This document shows, piece by piece, positions 55,415-64,000 of a stretch of 64,000 nucleotides of DNA; within the stretch, counting starts at the first letter, position 1, and every line of letters starts with the position of its first letter. The DNA is taken from assembly GCA_051294375.1 (NCBI GenBank), contig CM119265.1, positions 8,316,772 through 8,380,771 of the forward strand, read 5' to 3'. The translations under genes and the position numbers were made by a program. The DNA is from Paraspadella gotoi. Lineage: Eukaryota; Animalia; Chaetognatha. Under the pieces are notes generated by a model. That model did no database searches, was not told the DNA's origin, and saw nothing but the letters and a program-made list of their open reading frames with translations.

Positions 55415-56018
55415 GTTGATGACTCAAAAGATTGAGACAGCTAGTATTTCAAGAAAACAAAATTATATTTAACCAACGTGCGTTAATTATAACTCGAAAT
55501 TAAGATTATCGCAGAGTTGTCTGCCAACGACGAGCTGTTTTGTTTTCACCGCGTTCGCTGTTCATCTCACGAAACGAAGTGATTCGATGAATATTCACAG
55601 GTAAAACGCATTTTTCTTCCGAGCGAAGCGTCGGTTCGAAAAAAAACAACTCTATTCGATATTATTTCAAACGCTCACCGCTCAAATTTCGAAAATACAT
55701 ATTCATTAAATAAATACGCGAAGCTCCAGATTTAAATAAAACCGAAATCGTTTGAACTAATAGTTACATAGTGACAACGTAAATTTGAGATTATCCATGA
55801 GCGATTTTAAGAAAAAGTATCCTTCGTATCCTACGCGCGTGAGAAAAGAACGGTGAGCGTGAAGAGGGCGAACGAGGATTTTCATGGCGAGATGAAGACA
55901 AACGAATTTATTTTGAAAGAAGTGAAAAAGAAATCTCTGATGGTGGACTGTGAACCAAATTTATTCAAAATTGAAAACTAAAAGCTTTTAAACCCGAGAG
56001 GAGTTGAGGAAGAAGAAG

Positions 56019-56022
<4 letters not shown>

Positions 56023-56074
<52 letters not shown>

Positions 56075-56092
56075 AAGAGAGAGAGAGAGAGA
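56023..56092 (+). repeat. (GA)n microsatellite
   Basis: Directly visible. Confidence 0.95.
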
Positions 56093-56228
56093 TTGTTTTT
56101 ATACCATCTCTAGCCAATTAAAGTGAAAAATAGCTCTCATTGAACCCATTTGTTTATATTATTTTATGAGTTGTTTACATCTTTTTATCAAACTCGTTTT
56201 CTTCTCACAATAAGGCGCCGTTTCGACT

Positions 56229-57832
56229 TCACTTCGGCTTAACTGGCTCTTGGTCCGGAAGAGTAACAATGTAGTGTTGGTGAGATCCCCACTTGTTGAA
56301 AGAATCAGAATTGTAAAAATCTGGAAAGGTAAAAATGGGATTCACCGTTCATTTGGCTAAAATTAGTGTGATTAGAGAAGCAAGTGTATTAACGTTATAT
56401 TATTGCTAAAGACTGTTGCGACATCAGCACTGAACTGGTATAGTGAACTAACAGGTTCTAACCCCGGTTGGAACAGGCGTAACAAAAGCGTGACGGAACC
56501 GTCCAACCAATGCAATGGTAGCAATGGTAGCAAGCCTACCGTCTAAGTTCCGAAATGCAACACAACTGGCTAAAAAATCTCCGGCAACTCCAAATGTACT
56601 GTGTCGGTGGTCCGTGGTCACCCTCCTTTCATGAACTTATAAATCAACAAGTATTTTTTTCTTATTCTATTTTATTTTATTCTATTTCTTATTCTATGTT
56701 TTGATAAAAGCATTTTAATCATATATCACACTTCGAAACAAAAATAATATTATTTAGATTTATAAAATGATGTTAGTGTCACAGTAACAGTTCAGTTTAA
56801 GCCCTTGAAAGTGATTTACATGAATTGGCGCAGCCAATGCTTTTTTTTTTGCTCACTTCTGTAATCCGGAAATTCCTCCCTACAGAGAATCAACGTGTGG
56901 GGAGTCTTATTGGTCGCTCTCGCGGCCACGTTGATCTTGAGAGCAAAGTCTCGCGTTTCCTTTAACTTGGACGGCCGGGTTGGCGCTTTCGAAGGACGAT
57001 CGGCCTTTCTGGAAGCCCTACCACGTTGTTTAGAGGATCGGTCGGGTTGTTTGGAGGCCCTATCGGGCTGTTTTGAGGATGCGTCGCGCTGTTTGGAGGG
57101 CCTGTCCTGTTTGGGCAGTGGTTCCTGAAGCGGAGGCTGTTCTTCTTCTTCGACATAGCCATCGCCGTCGTCTTCGGCTTCGTCATCGCCGTCAGCCCAC
57201 TCTTCGTAAGAGTCCCTCCTCTTACGCTCGTGGACGCACGAGTCGGAATGCGACCGTCGGTAATCCGAGACGGTGATTGTCGAAGAAAACGAGGACCGGA
57301 CGGTCGACGGATGCTCGTTCTCGCTTCGTCCCTCTGGTGGAGAGATATGTGATGTGATGGCGGCGTTTTCGGCGACTCGTTATTTTCTGGCTGAGAGAAA
57401 AAAAGCTGAGATTCTTCTCCAAACTCCATTGTGTATTCACACTAAAAACCTAATTTTTTTATAGCATGAAAAGGGATGCCCGAGCGGTAGACATGCTCAG
57501 CGCATAACATGTTCAGACTTATACCGACAAGGGACGAGAAAGAGGAAAGAGAGGAAAGCTAAAAATAGAAAGTACTATTGCGACGAAGTCGACAAAGAAA
57601 AAAAAAATACATGTATACAAAGTGAAAACTACGGCTTCACGGGAAATGAACATCAGAGGGATCAGGGATAAGCAGCAGCCTTGTCTCATCTATGAAAAAA
57701 CTTTCTCTCAAAATCTATGAAAAAAAAATAACTTCCTTTCGATTCTATATCGGTTCCGGTGTCGTTGGAAGTCCAGCGGTTGTGAGCCTTGTTTGTCAAC
57801 GCGGCCTTTGGCGAGATATTACGGCTTCCCAT
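56229..57832 (-). CDS. Orphan 222-aa protein with acidic stretch and 7-aa repeats (exons 57733-57832, 56857-57333, 56229-56320)
   Basis: Three exons join in phase at GT-AG sites (100+477+92 = 669 nt); KQDRPS/KQRDASS/KQPDRAS/KQPDRSS repeats; this frame is not in the ORF track. Confidence 0.6.
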
Positions 57833-58197
57833 CGAGCCTGAGGTTGGTCAAATTGGTTTTATATATGGCGATACATTCGAAATAGTTTAAAATCATACTG
57901 TACCTGTTCTAAAATCCACTATTTGTCTTCAAAAAACTAAAAAAAAATCCCCTTTTAAAAAATTTTTAGATATATAAAGACTAAAAGACAATTTTATGAC
58001 GAACCCTCATGCTATATTATTTTAAATGTAAAGTTTTTTTTTCACATCTGACGAGATTATACCTGACTCAAGAAATAAAAAAAATCGATCTGATCAATAG
58101 TTGACTTTTTATTATTCCGGTACCAATATCTTTATTTACAAGAACATTACAAAAAAATAATCGTGACTAGATGATGCACAATAAACAGTTGGGCCTC

Positions 58198-60401
58198 TCA
58201 ATCGCTGTGAGAGCTCCTACTCCCGCTCCGACTCCTGCTTCTGCTCCTACTTCGACTCCTACTTCTTCTTCCCTCCCCCTCCTTGAGCGCCTCTTTGGCC
58301 TCCTCCTCATCTCCCTCGACCACCGTGGTTGTGGTCACTGTGGTTGTGGTGATTGTGGTCGTATCGTCGTCGTCTTTTAGTTCATCCTTGAGTTCGGCTA
58401 CGCGGGTGCTGAGATCGACGATCGCGTCGTCCTTCAGATCGATGGCGTCTTCGGCGACGCCAAGCTGCTTGTTGGCTTCGGACAGTTTCGCCTTGAGTTC
58501 CGCGATCTGCTTTTCGTGCTTGGCGCGTTGGGTCTCGTGGGCTTCGCGGAGGTTGGCGAGTTCCAGTTCTATCTCGGCTGCAAGAATTTCCAAGGGAAAA
58601 AATAATCGTTTGAAATCCATTATTGTTTTCTTTTATTACTTCACCAAAACCCTTCAGTGACTCACCCAAAGATTTAGTTTTCCCCTCCAAACTCTGCCGT
58701 ATGGCCGCTTTCTCCACCTGCGCCGCCTCCAGCTCCGCTGACATGGATTCGTTCGTCGCCGCCAACTCCTTCGTCGACGTCTCCAACTCTTCGCGACTCG
58801 CGTTGGACTTTGTCAACTCCGCCTCGAGACGCGAAGCCTCTCGTTCGACGGCCTCGACCTTCTTGGCCTTGGCCGCCGTCTCCTCCGCGGCCTCTGCCAA
58901 CTCTTTCGTCAGCTTCTCTAACTTTTGCCTCAATTCCTGCTCCTCGTCCTTCTGCGTCCGCAGATCCTCTTCCTGTTTGGCGAGGAGCGATTCCAGGTTG
59001 GCCGATTGACTCTCCAGTTTGGCCAAAGTCTTTTTCTGAGCGGCGATCGTCTCGTCCGCTTCTTCCTTCACCGCCGCCAGTGACGATAACTCCTTCTCCA
59101 CCTCCAACTTCTCTCGATAAATCTCGCCGATCTTTTCCTTCAACTCTTTGGCTTCGATCTCTTTGGCCGCTTTCACGTTGTCCACCGCGATCCTCATCTC
59201 CTCCAACTTCTTCCCGCGCGAATCGTTCTCCGCGCCCAACTCTTCGTGTATCTTGGCGAGATCTTGCAATTCCTTCTTCTCGCGCTCGAGTTCAGACTTG
59301 GCTTCGTCGGCTTCGCGTTTCGCGTTGTCTACGAGCTGTTTCAGGTTTTCGTTTTCGGTGGCGAGACCGTTGAGCTGATTGCGCTTTTGCTCCATCTCGC
59401 GGGCGAGCTCTTCGGCTTTTTGCTCCACCGAGTAGAGCTCCTCCTCGGCCTGGACCTGCTCCTTCTTGAGATGCTTGTTCTCGTCCTGGAGTCCGTCGAT
59501 CTTGTGATCGGCGGATGTCTTTAGGTTTTCCATGTCGACCTTGAGTTTCCGGTTGGTTCGTTGCATGTCTTCATCGTCTGGAACAAAATGACAATGTTTG
59601 TTTAACAAAGCTTTTGTAAAGATGCAAGGCCAACAACAACAACAATGACGACGATGAATATCCTCCTCACCCCTGTACTCACCTTCTTCCTCAAGAATGA
59701 GCTTCTGATTCAAATCGGAGACTTTGGTCTCCAACTCTCTCATCTTCATATTCTGCTCTTCCTTTTCTTTTTTGACGGAGTCGTGGTTTTGCCGCAGATC
59801 GTCCAATTCCTTTCTCAAGTCGCTCGTCGAGGCGCGCTCTGTCTCCAGAGTCGCGATGCGCCTTCGAAGGGTCTCCATTTCCCTGAGGGCTTTTTCGTTC
59901 TCCTCCTGATAATGGGATTAATAATTAATTTAATAATTCCTTGATGAGTAAATTATTGATTGATTCGTTGATTTTTTTAATTCTTTGACCATTGACCATT
60001 CATTGACCAGTGTGACCATATAGACAAACCTTTATCTTTCTCCTCTTTTCCCTCTTCTTCGCTCTCTTCTTTCGCCTTCTCACGGAGGGGTCCCGCTCCT
60101 GTTTGTAGGAGCCGCTGCTGCAAGTACTGGAGCTTGGAGATCGAGGAAAACTCCGCTGTCGAGGTCTTCCTCGACTTCGGTCCAAACTTCGGCTCCTGTT
60201 TCTGCTGCGATCCCGGCTTCTGTTTCGACTCCGACTCCTAGATCTGCTCCTACCGCGACTCCTACTCCTCGATCTACTTCTGGAGCGACTCCAGCTCCGC
60301 GTCCGGCTTCGGCTCCTACTGGGGGATCTGGAGCCGCTTCGGCTACGGTTCCGACCCCGACTGTCTCCACGCTGAGACGCCATGGAGGCTGAGTTTCCCA
60401 T
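58198..60401 (-). CDS. Long coiled-coil protein with RS repeats at both ends and an MGNSAS N-terminus
   Basis: Exon 1 RS-rich, ending KIK|gt at about 60030; E/K/A-rich heptad exons; final exon ending RSRSRSRSRSRSGSRSSHSD*. Confidence 0.75.
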
Positions 60402-61220
60402 GGCAACCTCTTTAGTTTTAGTTTTTTGTTTTTATCGAGAACGTCGACTTTGTTTGTTTATTGTTATAATCGCAGTGAAAGTCTATTTGTTTCACTCTTC
60501 CATCTTCTCGTAGAATCGCTTCCCGATCCTCGGGTCCCAACGGTTCGTCGAAGCGGCTCGTCGGAGGACGTCGATGAGGACGAAGACGACGACGACGAGG
60601 TTGCCACGAATCTTAGAGCGGATCTTCGCTTGACGAGAGTCTTCTTCCTTGGGGACGAGTCGAAGTCGTTGCTCCTCGTTGAAGGATTTTCCTTTCGAGT
60701 GGAGAGACGATGAAGAGAAAAGTCGCGATGGAAACGATGGCATCTCCGAGGTGTGGGCGTTTAGAGATGAGTATTTGGTTTATACACACACACACGCACG
60801 CAAACACGCAGGTCCGCACGCAAAGAGCGAAAATTAAAAGGAGTTGATTTTTTTTTTCTGGTCGTTGAGGAGATAAATTTTTTTAAGTATCGATGGAAGT
60901 TTTAAATCGGGAACACGAATTTCGATCTCGAGAATGGAACTTTTATCCTCTCGAGCGAGATGGAATCGTTTTTATATCTCGGAATCTCTTCTCGACGAAG
61001 AACCTCGAAACGCGATCGTGACGACGATGACGACGAGGAGAAAAAAAAAACACGGAAAAGTGTTTTGTTTTGACGGCGGGGGATCGTTCAAGAGATGGAG
61101 GGAAGAAATTCGCGCCGATCGTAACGAGAAAGAAAAGGAGATTGGATGAGCTAATTATGACGAGAGGGGAAATGAAAAGATCGAAAATCGATCGGAGCGA
61201 CCATCATAACATCCTATTCT

Positions 61221-61328
<108 letters not shown>

Positions 61329-62043
61329 GGAAGGAGCTCGATTTGAATTATTTATTCTAATTTGTTGACCATGACGATGACAACGGGGTCGTCGAGCTAA
61401 AATTAACCGAATTTTTTTTATGGCGCGATTTCTAAAATCGGCTGATAATTTAATGACGAAAAGCCATTTCTCAATTAATTCGTCATTCAATCAAGAAAAA
61501 AATTAAATACACATCTACAATTATCGCACCGAATTTTAACAAAATTTAATATGATACACGTTATGCCGTTTTTAAAAGAAACTAATATTTCTATTAGGTT
61601 AATTGTTAAAAAAATATTGGTTTTCAACAGGAAAACCTCATCGAGTGACGCATCTATACATAATTACATATGTGTGCACACTGAGCAGCTATTGCAGCTA
61701 TTCCAGGTTTTAGAATTACCTATTTTTATTGTTATATTTATATTATAGTTAAAAGGGTAAATTTTATCGACTTTTAATGAATTTTCCGCGAGCCTTTTGT
61801 TTTTTTCTATTTAAACATAGGGGGGCAGGACCAATCCAGTCAAGAGATTTCTGAAACTGAATGGAAAACAGAAGCCAATAATTTTCTATTTCAAATTTTA
61901 TTTTGTGTATAACATGAAAAGACAAGAAAAGACAAGACAAGACTGATTAATTGACTTATCACCAGATTTACGTATATATTGCCTAACGTCAGAATTCTAA
62001 AAAGTTGTAGCGAGTTACTTTTGTATAAGTTTAAGTTAGATGG

Positions 62044-62161
<118 letters not shown>

Positions 62162-64000
62162 TCTGCGACAGCAAAATAAATAAAGTTAATATCGAAGGAT
62201 TTAGACCTGGATTTCGTCTCCCTCTAGTTAGTGACTTTTATTTCAATTTATGCCTCTTCGTCGATCCTTTTCTCGATAATCCAGCCAACCCCCACTCCCT
62301 CAGTCTCTAAAACCAGATACTGCTCTTTTTAAGACATCTGTATTTCTTTACGATATCCTGACTCTACAAGTCGACTCCTTCCATTCAGATGACTGCCCTG
62401 CCGCTTCCCAAAACCCGGTTTAATTTGCCCGGCCTTCCACTTCGGCCCTTTCACCACCAGGTCTTTTTTTTCTGAAACCGTCCCGGTGATGAAATTTCAT
62501 ATTATAGCCCTACATTCTTCTCACCCTTTCTCAAATCGATTCACTGCAAAGTCCTCACCTTTTCTTTTACCCCCAAACTTTTCTCACCGGATCTCACAAA
62601 CCCACTTCTCCAAACGATGCGAAGATAGCGGAAGAAGTTCTTCGATTCACAATGCGGCGGCTGCGTCTGCTGCGGCGGCTGCGTCTGCTGCAGTGGATGC
62701 GGCTTCGTCGGCGTTCGCGAGACTTTTATAGCCGGACGCGCCCGTCCGCGCGTAACGTACGACTCCCTGCCGATCGTACATCGTCATCATTATCGTGATA
62801 ATCGTCGTTGACGTCTTGGTTATCGCTATCGTCGTTGTCGGCGTCATCATAGAGGCTGTCGTTGTTGTCCACGCATTGATTTAAATTAGGAACGACAAAT
62901 TGGACGGATCACCTCGAGTAATTCATTAGTCATTGAACCAAGGAACGAAGGAACCGGCGAAAGTAGAAACGAATGAACGAAAGAACGAACAAACGATCGG
63001 TTAAAAATTAATTTATTCATGATATTGTACTAGAAATAAAAGGATTATAAATAACTAGGTACTTATAAATAATCAATGACCTTAGAATGTAGTAATACAA
63101 AAGAAATAACGAAAAAGCGACTCATCTAACGAGTGGAATAGGCGAATCAACGTACGCACGAAAAAAAAGAACGAAGGACCCAAGACACTTGCGAACGACT
63201 GCCTAAACTCAAATGAGTCAAATGAAACCGCGGCATTCCACTGCAACAATAAAACTGGCACGGCGCAATATCAGATTAATAAATCATCGCAACAATGACC
63301 CGCGATTGACCCTCTCGGGCCTCTCGTGCCGACGGTGACGAACGAGAAAAACCGACAAAATGGATGACCGAAGGCTTCGACGTCTTCTATCGACGATTCT
63401 TCGTTTTCTCATTCGCTCGTTCCTGTCTCGAGAACAAAGTCAATTTTCTAGGGCGGGTTGGGGTTGAGCGGCGTGCTCGTGAAGGTCGAGGCCGGCGATG
63501 GGGCTGGGGTTTAGAAAATGAGTAAAAATTCGAAACTTTTTTTAGGGATGTTAATCATGACACGGTACACATTAACTGAGAACAAAATACATCAAGCGTA
63601 ATTAATAAACCAACATTTTATTGACTATTTTGTGGTTATGTATAGAAACTTAGTTCCTCAATACAGCATGTTTTGAAGTTGTTCCAAATTCATTTGGTTG
63701 ATCTGATAAGAGACACGTGATTGGCTGAGTTAAAAACCATTTTTTTCCTTCTGAATTTCATTCCCGAGAAGGTTCTTTTCGAAAATCCCCGGGAAAAGAA
63801 AAATTCAACGAGCCGTCTGAGTGACGAAGGAAATTAAAATACAGTACACTAAAATAATAATAACTAAACTTGATTATCAAAATGTAATATACAGCAAAAC
63901 TTTTCGTCACAATTGTCTCCCTAGGCTTTCTAAAAATTTTTCATTAAGTCTGGGAAATATCTACGACGACGACAGTTTATTCATCAACCAACTCTTTCGA

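Noticed and set aside
60426-60840. GC-rich short ORFs upstream of the RS coiled-coil gene
   Set aside because: No consistent frame or splice link; may be 5' UTR or an unresolved exon.
62640-62880. Asp/Ala-rich low-complexity GC island
   Set aside because: Could be an exon, but I cannot establish frame, start or splice sites.

Overview
Eukaryotic DNA, most likely from a compact metazoan genome with motile cilia (it has ODAD3/CCDC151). Exons are GC-richer, GT-AG introns are mostly 40-100 nt, and introns and spacers are AT-rich. Splicing by eye gives about 21 genes. Sixteen consecutive genes between 48402 and 2494 lie on the minus strand with stop-to-start gaps of about 120-900 bp: ANGEL-like, HDAC3, WSB, EFCAB14-like, NOMO, ZW10, DNAJC11, CACNA2D, MCRIP/FAM195, BCCIP, PGRMC, an FKBP-type TPR protein, NACA, two SAYSD1 paralogues and a coiled-coil protein. 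Several have a splice acceptor just before the ATG, which suggests one or more SL trans-spliced eukaryotic operons. Other observations: an intronless plus intron-containing SAYSD1 pair; an intronless zinc-finger ANGEL fusion; a Penelope-type hammerhead remnant linked to a CCA-bearing tRNA-Leu fragment; HINE-like repeats; a Tc1/mariner-type MITE; a tRNA-Gly-derived SINE; and two orphan genes. Gene identities come from remembered motifs, not database searches, and the exon boundaries are unverified.
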